Source: Candidatus Iainarchaeum sp.
Lineage (GTDB): Archaea; Iainarchaeota; Iainarchaeia; Iainarchaeales; CSSED10-239
Direction of reading: 5' to 3'
DNA: 32,000 bases
Assembly: GCA_028700115.1 (NCBI GenBank)
Contig: JAQVTI010000008.1
Coordinates: 5,461 to 37,460 of the forward strand
Part shown: in pieces, positions 8,148 through 18,229 of the stretch
Position numbering within the stretch: position 1 is the first letter of the stretch
Layout: each line of letters begins with the position of its first letter
The notes under the pieces: model-generated
What the model was told of the DNA's origin: nothing
The model's input: the letters and a program-made list of their open reading frames with translations, nothing else
The model's database searches: none
Program-made: the position numbers and the translations under genes

Positions 8148-9455
8148 CTATACATGTGAAATTATATTTATATAAATTGAATCTGAAGCTGAATCAATTT
8201 GTCCAACAGAATTTTCAAAAACTACAGATCTAAAAATATGACATTCACCTAATCCACCACAATCAGAAGCAGCTATAACTATATTACCACAACTATCACT
8301 TACAATTGAATTATTTACCATCCATTTACAACTGTTAGTAGAAACCCCATTATTAGGATTAATTGTAGATTGTAAATCAATAGAATAATTATTTTCTAAA
8401 AAATCAGATCCAGTACTAGGAGAAGTAATATTTACAGTTCCAAGAGGTGTTGGATAATTTTGAGAATTACTCCAAACTAAACAATCACAACCAGAATCAT
8501 ATTCTAAAGTAGCACCATCTGTAGGATAATCCCCATCTCTATTATAAACAGCTAATTTTTGAACAGAAACAGCACCGTCTTGAATTTTATTTATATTTAC
8601 AGCATTATCTTGAATTTTATTTGCATCTATAACACCATTTCTTAATTTATCAATTGTAATTGCACCATCATCAATTTGATCTGTATAAACTGCATCATTA
8701 TCAATCTTATCTCTAGTTATTTGTTCATCAGCAATCATACTAGTAACAATACCATTATCTTTTACAGAAATTTGATTTATACAAGGTATACTACCACACA
8801 TTTGAACAATATCAATTCCTTGACCTGCATCTAAAGCTATATCCCCAGATCCACTTGCTTGATCAACACATGCTAAATATAAAGAGTTATCTTCATTATT
8901 TTTTAAAACACCTAAAACTTGTCCATCAGAACAATCTAAATATTCTGTTTCTAAATCATATAAACCAATTGTATTATTTATAATTTGATTAGAACCTACA
9001 GAATTTGTAGTAAGATTACCATTATTAATAACTCTACCATCAACCTTATCAGCAACTAATTCTACTGACCCACTATCATCATAATTTGGGTTTGGAAGAA
9101 TTAAAGTTATATCAACTAAAATACTTGAATTTTCAGTATTAAAAATTTTAACATATAATGATATAGTTTCACCGTTACCAGTAACATCATCAGTAATAGG
9201 ACCTATATAAAAACCATTAGTTAAAATATTACTAACCTCTTGAGAACTTAAACTATTATTTGTAGAACCATTATAAGAATATAATGAGTCATTATTTATT
9301 TTATAAGCTATATCAAGTCCATTAGAAACAGAACTTTCAAAAACATAATCACCAGTTACTTTCATTGTTACAGGAACATCAAATGCAAATAGATTTCCTG
9401 TAAAAAATAAACTTAAAAATAAAAAGCTAAACGCTATTATTAAATTTTTTTTCAC
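8148..9455 (-). CDS. Secreted surface protein with tail-fibre/beta-helix-like 10-residue repeat stalk and C-terminal Ig-like domain
   Basis: Signal peptide MKKNLIIAFSFLFLSLFFTGNLFA; repeats DNDAVYTDQI-DDGAITIDKL-RNGVIDANKI-QDNAVNINKI-QDGAVSVQKL; C-terminal ITSPSTGSDFLENNYSIDLQSTI... Confidence 0.75.
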   Translation of the reverse strand: MKKNLIIAFSFLFLSLFFTGNLFAFDVPVTMKVTGDYVFESSVSNGLDIAYKINNDSLYSYNGSTNNSLSSQEVSNILTNGFYIGPITDDVTGNGETISLYVKIFNTENSSILVDITLILPNPNYDDSGSVELVADKVDGRVINNGNLTTNSVGSNQIINNTIGLYDLETEYLDCSDGQVLGVLKNNEDNSLYLACVDQASGSGDIALDAGQGIDIVQMCGSIPCINQISVKDNGIVTSMIADEQITRDKIDNDAVYTDQIDDGAITIDKLRNGVIDANKIQDNAVNINKIQDGAVSVQKLAVYNRDGDYPTDGATLEYDSGCDCLVWSNSQNYPTPLGTVNITSPSTGSDFLENNYSIDLQSTINPNNGVSTNSCKWMVNNSIVSDSCGNIVIAASDCGGLGECHIFRSVVFENSVGQIDSASDSIYINIISHV

Positions 9456-9684
9456 TAAATCACCTTTTTCTTAAATTTTATAAAAATTATTCTTATTAAA
9501 ATTATTTTTAATAAAATTATTAATTTTATTTTTTTAAAATAATTTTGTTAATAAATTTATTTATATTATAAAATATAATAAATATAATTATATATATTAT
9601 AAAAATATTTATAAAGGTTTCACACATAATATTTCTTAATAATTTTTAAAAAATTACATTAAATAAATTAAATGTGAAATAAAA

Positions 9685-10389
9685 ATGGATGAATTAAATA
9701 AAATAAAAATTAAAAATGGAAGAATTGTTACTTCAGATAGTAATAAAAAATTTAAAAAATTAAATATGATTTTAATAATATCTATAGTTATAATAATAAT
9801 ATTAATTACAGCTATATATATTATAAAAGTAAATAAAATTGATGTAGATACACTTTGTGGAAATGGAACTTGTGATATACAAGCAGGAGAAAACAACATA
9901 AATTGCCCTTCTGATTGTAAAATAGATACTACAAATAATAACACAAATAACAATCCACAAGATACAACAAACACAAATGATCAAAACTTAGAACAAACAA
10001 CTTGTGGAAATGGAACTTGTGATAATAAAGAAACTCCTATGAATTGTCCAGAAGATTGTATTGTCCCAACAAAACCTACTTGTGGGGATGGAATCTGTAA
10101 TGGAGAAGAAAATTGTGCTTCTTGTGAAACTGATTGTGGAGCTTGCCAAGAAGAAGAACAAACAACTTGTGGAGACGGAATTTGTAACGGAGAAGAAAAT
10201 TGTTCAACTTGTGAAACTGATTGTGGAGCTTGCCAAGAAAAAGAACAAACAACTTGTGGAGACGGAATCTGTAACGGAGAAGAAACATGTTCATCTTGTG
10301 AAACAGATTGTGGAGCTTGTGGAAATTTAGCTCCTAAAATTGGAAACACTTGTGGAATTTGTTTAGAAGCATCAACTTCTATACTTTAA
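9685..10389 (+). CDS. Membrane-anchored Cys-rich repeat protein
   Basis: N-terminal TM (LNMILIISIVIIIILITAIYII) then repeats CGDGICNGEENCSTCETDCGAC; ends at TAA after a final CGICLEASTSIL. Confidence 0.8.
   Translation: MDELNKIKIKNGRIVTSDSNKKFKKLNMILIISIVIIIILITAIYIIKVNKIDVDTLCGNGTCDIQAGENNINCPSDCKIDTTNNNTNNNPQDTTNTNDQNLEQTTCGNGTCDNKETPMNCPEDCIVPTKPTCGDGICNGEENCASCETDCGACQEEEQTTCGDGICNGEENCSTCETDCGACQEKEQTTCGDGICNGEETCSSCETDCGACGNLAPKIGNTCGICLEASTSIL
10081..10320 (+). repeat. 87-bp tandem coding repeats (29 aa, Cys-rich), about 2.8 copies
   Basis: TGTGGxGAxGGAATxTGTAAxGGAGAAGAAA... starts at 10081, 10168 and 10255, exactly 87 bp apart. Confidence 0.9.
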
Positions 10390-10428
10390 AATAGTTTTTT
10401 TAAAAACTATTTTTTTCTTTTTCTTTTT

Positions 10429-11427
10429 TTATATAAAATCTAATAAACTTTTTTGATTAATCTCAGAAATAGGTTTTGCAACAATTCCTAGTTCATTATT
10501 TATATTTCTTGCAAATTCTTTTGAAAAACCATGCATTGTATAAACTATTTTAGGATTTACTTTATCTACAAAGTCAATTAAAGATTTATAATCACTATGA
10601 TCAGATATATGAACTAATCTAGATCCTCTTGAAAAATTCCAACCAGTCATAATATAAGATGAAACAGGTTTTCTTAATTGTAATCTTAATGAATTTAAAA
10701 AATCTTTATTTATTAAAGATAAAGGCATAATTAAAATATTTGAAAAATAAATATTATGATCTAATAATTTATATTTTAGATTTTTACCATACTTATTATA
10801 AATTTCAGAAAATTTAAAAGTTGTAGAATCAACTAAAGGCACAACTCCTAAATATTGATTTATAAAAGAAATAATTTCTTGGTTTTTTCCTAAGGAATAA
10901 CCTCCTAAAACAATAAATTTCCCATCATCTAAATCTTTCTTAATATCATTTGATAAGGTATAATATAAACTTCCTCTTTCTTTAAAATCAAAAATCTTTT
11001 TTCCAAAAGTACTTTCAATAAATAAAATATCTGAATAAACTGGTTTTGCAGATTTAGATGTTAATGAAGGATTTGAATTAAAATCAGAAGTATACAAAAT
11101 AGATTTATTTTCAATATCAAACTTAAACATACAACTTCCTAGAATATGCCCAGAATCTAAGGGTGTTAATTTAATATTTTTAGTTAAATCTATTTGTTTA
11201 TTTATTTCTAAATCTCTGAAATAGAATTTAGGATTAGGCAAAATACTAATTAAAAGTTCTTGAGTTTCTTTAGTTGTATAAGTTGTTTTTGAAAGATTAC
11301 AAAAATGATCTGTATGCGCATGTGAAACTAATGCAATTGAGTTATTAATTGAATTTCTAGTAGGGTCTATACATATATTTAAGCCTTCATCTTCAATTAT
11401 TAAAAAATTAGAATATTTAAATTGCAT
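10429..11427 (-). CDS. Metallo-beta-lactamase-fold (beta-CASP-like) exonuclease / RNA-processing enzyme
   Basis: LVSHAHTDHF (HxHxDH), LDSGHILGSCMF, ILYTSDFN, HISDHSDYKSL and TMHGF motifs typical of archaeal YSH1/SNM1-related MBL proteins. Confidence 0.8.
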   Translation of the reverse strand: MQFKYSNFLIIEDEGLNICIDPTRNSINNSIALVSHAHTDHFCNLSKTTYTTKETQELLISILPNPKFYFRDLEINKQIDLTKNIKLTPLDSGHILGSCMFKFDIENKSILYTSDFNSNPSLTSKSAKPVYSDILFIESTFGKKIFDFKERGSLYYTLSNDIKKDLDDGKFIVLGGYSLGKNQEIISFINQYLGVVPLVDSTTFKFSEIYNKYGKNLKYKLLDHNIYFSNILIMPLSLINKDFLNSLRLQLRKPVSSYIMTGWNFSRGSRLVHISDHSDYKSLIDFVDKVNPKIVYTMHGFSKEFARNINNELGIVAKPISEINQKSLLDFI

Positions 11428-11502
11428 TTTAATCTATCTATTTATTTATAAAAGTCTTTATAAATATTTATATTTATAAATATATATTAAAAACAAAATA
11501 AT

Positions 11503-11692
11503 GGGGATATAGGGTAGTCCGGTTAGCCTAACAGGCTCCAGATATTTTTTTAAATTTTTTTAAAAAAAATTTGGAACGCAAGATTATTTTTAAAAAAAAT
11601 AAAATGATTGAAAAATTACAGGTCTGCTAAATTTAAATAATTTAGAAAATAGGAGAGACCTGTTGACCTGGGTTCGAATCCCAGTGTCCCCA
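11503..11692 (+). tRNA. tRNA-Trp(CCA) with intron 11542..11657
   Basis: Acceptor GGGGATA/TGTCCCC-A, anticodon arm ACAGG-CTCCAG|A-CCTGT, T arm CTGGG-TTCGAAT-CCCAG; mature length 74 nt; no encoded CCA. Canonical bulge-helix-bulge at the splice sites. Confidence 0.93.
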
Positions 11693-11754
11693 TATTCTTA
11701 TTTTAAAATAAAAAAAATTAAATAATATAAATTATTTAAAAAAAATAAAAAAAA

Positions 11755-12324
11755 TTAGAAAGAAACTTTAATATTTTTCTTTTCTAATTCAGGTGCTTCA
11801 AAAAATTCTTTTGCATCAAAATTAAACATGTTTGCAATAATATTTGATGGAAACATCTCAATCTTATTATTAAAAATCATTACAGAATCATTATAAAATT
11901 GTCTTGCAAAAGCAATTTTATTTTCAATACCAGAAAGTTCTTCTTGAAGCATTAAAAAATTTTGACTTGCTTTTAAATCAGGATAATTCTCAAAAGCAAC
12001 TTTTAATTGACCTAAAGCATTTGTAAGTTCATTATTTGCTTTTACTTTTAATGCTTGATCTTTTGCATTCATTGCTTGTGATCTAAGTTCTGTAATTTTT
12101 TGAAAAGTTGAAGCTTCATGTTTCATATAACCTTTTACAGTCTCTATAAGATTTGGTAATAAATCATATCTTTTCTTTAACTGAACATCTATTTGACTCC
12201 AAGCATTCTTTACTCTATTTCTTAGTCTTATTAGCCCATTATATACAGTTAAAATAATTATTAAAAATAAACCAATTAAAACTAATAAAACAATTAACCA
12301 AATAGCCATATTATTGACCTCCAA
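11755..12324 (-). CDS. lemA: LemA family protein
   Basis: N-terminal TM then NRVKNAWSQIDVQLKKRYDLLPNLIETVKGYMKHE and NxPxxLIANMFNFDAKEFFEA. Confidence 0.95.
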   Translation of the reverse strand: MEVNNMAIWLIVLLVLIGLFLIIILTVYNGLIRLRNRVKNAWSQIDVQLKKRYDLLPNLIETVKGYMKHEASTFQKITELRSQAMNAKDQALKVKANNELTNALGQLKVAFENYPDLKASQNFLMLQEELSGIENKIAFARQFYNDSVMIFNNKIEMFPSNIIANMFNFDAKEFFEAPELEKKNIKVSF

Positions 12325-12406
12325 AAATTTATAAAATTAAATACATATATTAAAATATAATAGAAAGAAAAAGATTAAAAAGGATTGTATTATTTAATTA
12401 AAAAAA

Positions 12407-12634
12407 TTAAATAATAAATGATCTTTTTACAATACAATCTATTGGACAATTTAAAGGATTCTCTCCAAGATCATAATCACAAGTTCCATTTCCACATAAA
12501 TAATTTGAATTAACTATTGAAATTGTATCATTTATTTTTATTTGATTATATGCTGATAAATCATTTACAAAAAAAATAACTGTAAATAAAAAAATACCCA
12601 CAAATATATATACTAATAATCTATTTTGTTTCAT
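12407..12634 (-). CDS. Small secreted/anchored Cys-rich protein related to the 9685..10389 product
   Basis: TM segment followed by LCGNGTCDYDLGENPLNCPIDC, same motif as CGNGTCDIQAGENNINCPSDC. Start corrected to ATG 12634. Confidence 0.6.
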   Translation of the reverse strand: MKQNRLLVYIFVGIFLFTVIFFVNDLSAYNQIKINDTISIVNSNYLCGNGTCDYDLGENPLNCPIDCIVKRSFII

Positions 12635-12854
12635 AATATTCACCGTTTGCCATTTTTTAAAAAAGTATATTTAAGTTAAATTTTTTATTAAAAAAAAGTA
12701 TTTTTTAAAAAATTTATTAGGATAGATATAAAGATACAATTTATTTATATAAAGATGTATTTATTTTTCTAAAAATAAAAATAATAAAAATTAGATTAAT
12801 GAATTCATTATAAATTAGAATAAATTAATCTAAACATAAAATAAAAAAAGAAAA

Positions 12855-15284
12855 TTATTTATTTTTAGAAACTTCTTTTTCTTTTTTAGAAACTAAAATC
12901 TTAGTTTTTATAATTGAATCAGGATTTAAACTCATAGATCCAATTTTTTCAGAAACTAAAAACTCAGCAAACTCTGGATAATCAGAAGGGGCTTGCCCAC
13001 ATATTCCAATATATTTACCCTTAGCTCTTGCAACTTCTATAACATAAGAAATTAATTCTTTTACAGCTTTATTTCTTTCATCATAAATACTTGTTAAAAG
13101 TTCTGAATTTCTATCAAGTCCTAAAGTTAATTGTGTAAGATCATTAGAACCTATACTAAATCCATCAAAAATGTCCAAGAAGTCATGTGCTAAAATCACA
13201 TTTGAAGGAACTTCACACATCCCTATAACTTTAAGACCTAGTTTTCCTTTCTCAAGTCCATTCTTTTTCATTTCTTCTAAAACTTTTTTAGCTTCAGTTG
13301 TAGTTCTACAAAAAGGAACCATAACTTCTAAGTTAATAAGACCCATTTGTTCTCTAACTCTTTTAATTGCTTCACATTCAAGTTTAAAACCTTCTTTATA
13401 GTTACCCATATAATATCTAGAAGATCCTCTCCAACCAATCATAGGATTTGCTTCAATAGGCTCATATTCTCTTCCACCAATTAAATTCGCATATTCATCT
13501 GATTTAAAATCAGAAAGTCTTAAAATAACAGGTTTAGGATAGAATGCAGATGCAATTCTTGCAATTCCTTGTGAAAGCTTATCAACAAAATATTCTTGTT
13601 TATCTTTATATCCAACAGTTAATTGATCTATTTCTTTTTTAATAGACTTATCTTTAATTTTTGAATAATTTATTAAAGCTAAAGGATGTATTTTAATCCA
13701 TGAATTTATAATAAACTCTTCTCTTGCAAGACCAACTCCATCATTTGGTAAAAAAGAATATTCAAATGCTTTTTCTGGATTTCCTATATTTAACATAATA
13801 TGTGTTTTTGTTTCTGGAAGTTTAGAAATATTTGTTATATCTATTTTATATTTTAATTTCCCAGAATAAATATATCCAAAATCTCCAGAAGAACAATCCA
13901 TTGTAATTTGAGAATTATGTTTTAAGTCTTTAGTTGCAGTCTTTGTTCCAACTATACAAGGTATACCTAATTCTCTTGCAATTATTGCAGCATGACAGGT
14001 CCTTCCACCTTTATTTGTAATAATTCCAGAAGCAATTTTCATAATAGGTTCCCAATCAGGATCAGTCATTTCAGTAACTAAAATATTTCCTTTTTTAAAA
14101 GATTCAATTTCATTTGCATCTTTTATAACATCTGCTTTTGCAGAAGCTATCTTTTGACCTACACTAATTCCTTCTAAAATAGGTTTTTTATTTTTCTCTA
14201 ATAAAACATAATTTTCTAAAATAGATTTGTTCTTTTGAGATTGAACAGTTTCTGGTCTTGCTTGAACAATATATAATTTATTTGTTTTTCCATCTAAAGC
14301 CCATTCCATATCCATTGGTTTATGATAACCTGCTTTTAAAGAATAATGCTTTTCAATAATACAAGCCCATTTTGCAAGTTGTAAAATTTGTTCTTCTGTA
14401 ATACAATACATATTTCTATGATTTAAATCAACTGAAATATTTTTAACAGGAGATTTAGACCCTTCTTTATTATATATCATCTTTATTGATTTTTGCCCAA
14501 GTTTCTTTGAAATAATAGGTTTACATCCTTTTTTATCTAATGTCTTTTTAAAAACTAAAAATTCATCTGGATTAACTGCTCCTTGAACAACATTTTCTCC
14601 AAGTCCATATGCAGCATTAATTAAAACAACATCTTTAAATCCAGTTTCAGTGTCTAAAGAAAACATTACCCCTGATGCACCTAAATCACTTCTAACCATT
14701 TTTTGAACAGTAATTGATAAAGCTATTTTAAAATGATCAAAATGTTTATCTTCTCTATAAGAAATTGCTCTATTTGTAAATAAAGATGCAAAACATTTCT
14801 TACAAGCATCAATTAATTCTTCTGGACCTTTTATATTCAAATAAGTTTCCTGTTGTCCAGCAAAAGACGCATCAGGTAAATCCTCAGCAGTAGCTGATGA
14901 TCTTACAGCAACATCTAATTCTTTTACTTTTTCTTTTTTTGAAAGTTTATAATATGCTTCAATTATCTCTTTTTTTAAATCTTCAGGAAATTCTAAATAT
15001 CTAATTAATTTTCTTACAGCTTCTCCTTTTTTTGCAAGATCAGACAAATTATGAGTATTTAGTCCTTTTAATATTTTTTTAATTTCTTTATGTGCCCCAG
15101 ATTGCTCTAATAAATATCTATAAGCATAAGCTGTAACTGAAAAACCATTTGGAACATTTACATTTTTTTGTGTAAGATTTTTATACATCTCACCTAAAGA
15201 AGCATTTTTTCCTCCAACTAAAGGTACATCTTCAATTCCTGTTTCTTCAAACCATAAAATTAATTTTTCTTCTCTTTTAACCAT
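12855..15284 (-). CDS. ppsA: Phosphoenolpyruvate synthase
   Basis: VGGKNASLGEMY, VAVRSSATAEDLPDASFAGQQETYLN, GGRTCHAAIIARELGIPCIVG, SIGSNDLTQLTLGLDRNS, GICGQAPSDYPEFAEFL. Confidence 0.98.
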   Translation of the reverse strand: MVKREEKLILWFEETGIEDVPLVGGKNASLGEMYKNLTQKNVNVPNGFSVTAYAYRYLLEQSGAHKEIKKILKGLNTHNLSDLAKKGEAVRKLIRYLEFPEDLKKEIIEAYYKLSKKEKVKELDVAVRSSATAEDLPDASFAGQQETYLNIKGPEELIDACKKCFASLFTNRAISYREDKHFDHFKIALSITVQKMVRSDLGASGVMFSLDTETGFKDVVLINAAYGLGENVVQGAVNPDEFLVFKKTLDKKGCKPIISKKLGQKSIKMIYNKEGSKSPVKNISVDLNHRNMYCITEEQILQLAKWACIIEKHYSLKAGYHKPMDMEWALDGKTNKLYIVQARPETVQSQKNKSILENYVLLEKNKKPILEGISVGQKIASAKADVIKDANEIESFKKGNILVTEMTDPDWEPIMKIASGIITNKGGRTCHAAIIARELGIPCIVGTKTATKDLKHNSQITMDCSSGDFGYIYSGKLKYKIDITNISKLPETKTHIMLNIGNPEKAFEYSFLPNDGVGLAREEFIINSWIKIHPLALINYSKIKDKSIKKEIDQLTVGYKDKQEYFVDKLSQGIARIASAFYPKPVILRLSDFKSDEYANLIGGREYEPIEANPMIGWRGSSRYYMGNYKEGFKLECEAIKRVREQMGLINLEVMVPFCRTTTEAKKVLEEMKKNGLEKGKLGLKVIGMCEVPSNVILAHDFLDIFDGFSIGSNDLTQLTLGLDRNSELLTSIYDERNKAVKELISYVIEVARAKGKYIGICGQAPSDYPEFAEFLVSEKIGSMSLNPDSIIKTKILVSKKEKEVSKNK

Positions 15285-15312
15285 AATTTCATCTCCATTT
15301 TAAATATAAAAA

Positions 15313-16116
15313 TCATTCAAAATATTTTTTAAAATAATTATATCTCTTAATATCTTTATTTTTTTTATAATAAATTGCACCAGTTGGACAAAAGTTATAA
15401 CACCTAGTACACATTACACATTTATTTGAAAATCTTAATTCTTTTTTTTGTTTTTTAAGTACAATATTTTTAGTAGGACAAACTTTTTCACAAAGCCCAC
15501 ATTGTATGCATTTTATATTATCATATGACCATTTAAATTTTTTTAAGAAAAAATTTGTAAAAAAATAATTTATTAAAGAAAACACATTTCTTTTTAAAAA
15601 AACAGTTTTTGGATAAACTAAATTATTTTCAAAAATTGAATTAAAATCTTTTAAAACATTTTCTTTATTTTTATCTAAAACTTCATTTATATTAGTAACA
15701 CTTTTTATATTATCACTAAAAATCGCATCAGAATTTGAAGGCATCTTATAATCAAAACCACAAACTAAATCAAAATTTTTATTTCCTAAAATATTTTTAA
15801 AAGTTTGAAAAGATCTACCAAAATTACCTGCATGTGTTAAAACAATAAAGCATTTTTTCTTATCAACAACAGCTAATTTTTTTATAAAATCTATAACATA
15901 AAAAGGAATATCAAAAGCATAAACTGGAGTTGCAAAAACTACAAAATCATATTTTGATAAAGATGGAACAGTTTTCATTTCTTCAATTCTTTTTAAATCT
16001 AGATTAATTTCTTTTTTCTTAAATAAATTACAATACTCTATAGAAATAAACTCTGTATTTCCAGTTCCAGAAAAAGAAAATAAAATTCCTTTTTTTAAAT
16101 CTTTTAAATCTACCAT
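15313..16116 (-). CDS. Flavodoxin-like + 2x[4Fe-4S] ferredoxin protein (EFR1-like)
   Basis: FSFSGTGNTEFI FMN-binding N-terminus; CIQCGLCEKVCPTKNI and CVMCTRCYNFCPTGAI clusters. Start corrected to ATG 16116 (GTG 16125 is the SD). Confidence 0.85.
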   Translation of the reverse strand: MVDLKDLKKGILFSFSGTGNTEFISIEYCNLFKKKEINLDLKRIEEMKTVPSLSKYDFVVFATPVYAFDIPFYVIDFIKKLAVVDKKKCFIVLTHAGNFGRSFQTFKNILGNKNFDLVCGFDYKMPSNSDAIFSDNIKSVTNINEVLDKNKENVLKDFNSIFENNLVYPKTVFLKRNVFSLINYFFTNFFLKKFKWSYDNIKCIQCGLCEKVCPTKNIVLKKQKKELRFSNKCVMCTRCYNFCPTGAIYYKKNKDIKRYNYFKKYFE

Positions 16117-16324
16117 TAAAATCACATAAAATCAAAGATTTTTTAAAATATATTTATATATATTACAATATACTATTTAAAGATTTCTAATTTAGAAAAT
16201 AAAACATAACTTTTATGGTCAAAAGCCCTGTTTATAAAAATATAAAAATAAAAAACACTTTATTTATATAAAAATAGGTCTATTATTATATAAATAAAAA
16301 TAATTATTTTAAAAAAGATAACAA

Positions 16325-18229
16325 ATGAACTCTAGAAAAATATACTTTAGACATTCTGATTTTAGAAAGGAACAAAAAGAAATTATTATAGATATTTTAG
16401 AAAGTTTAGATAATTCCCAAAATATAATCTTTCATGCTCCAACAGGAACTGGAAAAACAGATGCATCTTTAGCTGCTGCAATAACATATGCAGTTGAAAA
16501 TAATAAAAAAATACTTTTTCTAACTCCTAAAATTTCACAACACAAACTAGCTTTAGAAGTAATTAAAGATTTAAATGAAAAATATCCAGATTTAAATTTA
16601 AAAGCAATAGATTTTGTAGGAAAAAGAAATCTATGTATTGATCCAGGAATAAGTGAAGTTACATCTGGATTTTATGAAGTTTGTAAAAATGCAACTGAAA
16701 AAAGACAATGCCCATTCTATGAAAACATAAAACCTAAAAAAAAGCATGAAAAAGAAATAATGGAGCATCTTCTAATTAAAAAATTAAGAGATATAGATGT
16801 AATTGATAATAAAGAAATTAAAAAAATTGCACAAGAATTCAAAGATCTATCAAGAAAACCAAAACCAGTTTGTGCATATGAACTTGCAAAAATTTTTGCA
16901 AAATATGCAAACATAATAATTGCAGATTATTACCATGTTTTTTCTAAAAAAATTGCAAACAATTTACTTCCAGAAATAGGAATTGATCTAAAAGAAACAA
17001 TTCTAATTATAGATGAAGCTCATAATCTAGAAGATAGAGTTTTAAACTTACTTTCAAGATCTCTTAATTTTAATATGATATCAAGAGCTATAAAAGAAGC
17101 AAATGACATAAAGGCTTATGGTATTAAAAAGTTTTGTGAAGATTTACTTTATAATTTTGAAAAACTTTCTGAAACTAAACTTAAAAAAGATAAATTTACA
17201 ACAATTTATGAAGAATTTATCTTAAAAGAAGATTTAATCTCAAAAGGTTATATTGATAATATTACTGAAATTATTGCTGAAATGCAAGAAAAAGGAATAG
17301 AATATTTAGAGAAAAAAAATGAATCTAAATCTTCTCTTATAACTGTTTCTTTATTTTTAGAAGACTGGATAATAAATATGGAAAGCCATATTAGATTTAT
17401 AAAAAAAGATAATGAAAATATAAATATAAAATATAATGCATTAGATGCATCTTTAATAACAAAAGATATATTTAATCAAACTTTTTCATCTATTATAATG
17501 TCTGCTACTTTAAAACCATTAGAAATGTATAGAGATATTTTTGGATTAGATTTTACAACAAATATAAAAGAATATAATTCTCCATTTTCTAAAGAAAATA
17601 AATTAGATTTAGTTGTTAATGATGTTACAACAAAATTTACTCAAAGAACAGGAGACGAATATAAAAAAATTGCAGATTATATAACAAAAATAAATTCAAA
17701 AACTCCAGGAAATTCAATTATTTTTTTCCCAAGTTTTGAAATGCTAAAAGATATAAAAAAACTTATAAAAATAAATAAACCAAGCTTTATACAAGAAGAA
17801 AATATGACTCAAGAAGATTTTGATTTAATGATAGAAGATTTTAAAAAAGAAGCAAGAAAGTTTGGATCAGTTTTATATGCTGTTATGGGTGGAAAAGCTT
17901 CTGAAGGAATTCATCTTCCTGGAAATTTGTTAATTTCTGCAATTATTGTTGGGATACCTTTATCTAAAATGGAACTATATACTAAAGCAAAAATTGATTA
18001 TTATGAAAAAAAATTTAAAAAAGGATGGCAATATGCATATATACAACCAGCTATTCAAAAAGCAATACAAAGTGCTGGAAGAGTAATAAGAAGTGAAAAT
18101 GATAAAGGGGTTATTATATATTTAGATAATAGATATACATGGCCAAATTATAAAAAAAATATGCCTAAAGAAATAAATCTTAAAATATCTAAAAATCCAG
18201 AAAAAGATATAGAATATTTCTTTAGATAA
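16325..18229 (+). CDS. XPD/Rad3-family (DinG-like) Fe-S DNA helicase
   Basis: FHAPTGTGKTDASLA Walker A, IIDEAHNLEDR (DEAH), four Cys (NLC, EVC, RQC, VCAYE) for the Fe-S domain, QSAGRVIRSENDKG motif VI. Confidence 0.9.
   Translation: MNSRKIYFRHSDFRKEQKEIIIDILESLDNSQNIIFHAPTGTGKTDASLAAAITYAVENNKKILFLTPKISQHKLALEVIKDLNEKYPDLNLKAIDFVGKRNLCIDPGISEVTSGFYEVCKNATEKRQCPFYENIKPKKKHEKEIMEHLLIKKLRDIDVIDNKEIKKIAQEFKDLSRKPKPVCAYELAKIFAKYANIIIADYYHVFSKKIANNLLPEIGIDLKETILIIDEAHNLEDRVLNLLSRSLNFNMISRAIKEANDIKAYGIKKFCEDLLYNFEKLSETKLKKDKFTTIYEEFILKEDLISKGYIDNITEIIAEMQEKGIEYLEKKNESKSSLITVSLFLEDWIINMESHIRFIKKDNENINIKYNALDASLITKDIFNQTFSSIIMSATLKPLEMYRDIFGLDFTTNIKEYNSPFSKENKLDLVVNDVTTKFTQRTGDEYKKIADYITKINSKTPGNSIIFFPSFEMLKDIKKLIKINKPSFIQEENMTQEDFDLMIEDFKKEARKFGSVLYAVMGGKASEGIHLPGNLLISAIIVGIPLSKMELYTKAKIDYYEKKFKKGWQYAYIQPAIQKAIQSAGRVIRSENDKGVIIYLDNRYTWPNYKKNMPKEINLKISKNPEKDIEYFFR

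Noticed and set aside
9654-10349. ORFs antisense or out-of-frame to the Cys-rich gene (9654..9974 -, 9802..9984 -, 9981..10349 -, 10061..10330 +)
   Set aside because: They arise because an 87-bp (multiple of three) repeat keeps several frames open; the + frame 9685..10389 has a TM anchor and conserved Cys motif matched by an independent paralogue at 12407.
13171-13401. + strand ORF inside ppsA
   Set aside because: Antisense shadow of an unambiguous ppsA coding region.
16717-16914. Minus-strand ORF within the XPD helicase, and similar shadows at 5385, 20697, 26498, 29136 and 31166
   Set aside because: All lie antisense to well-supported genes and have no independent homology-like features.
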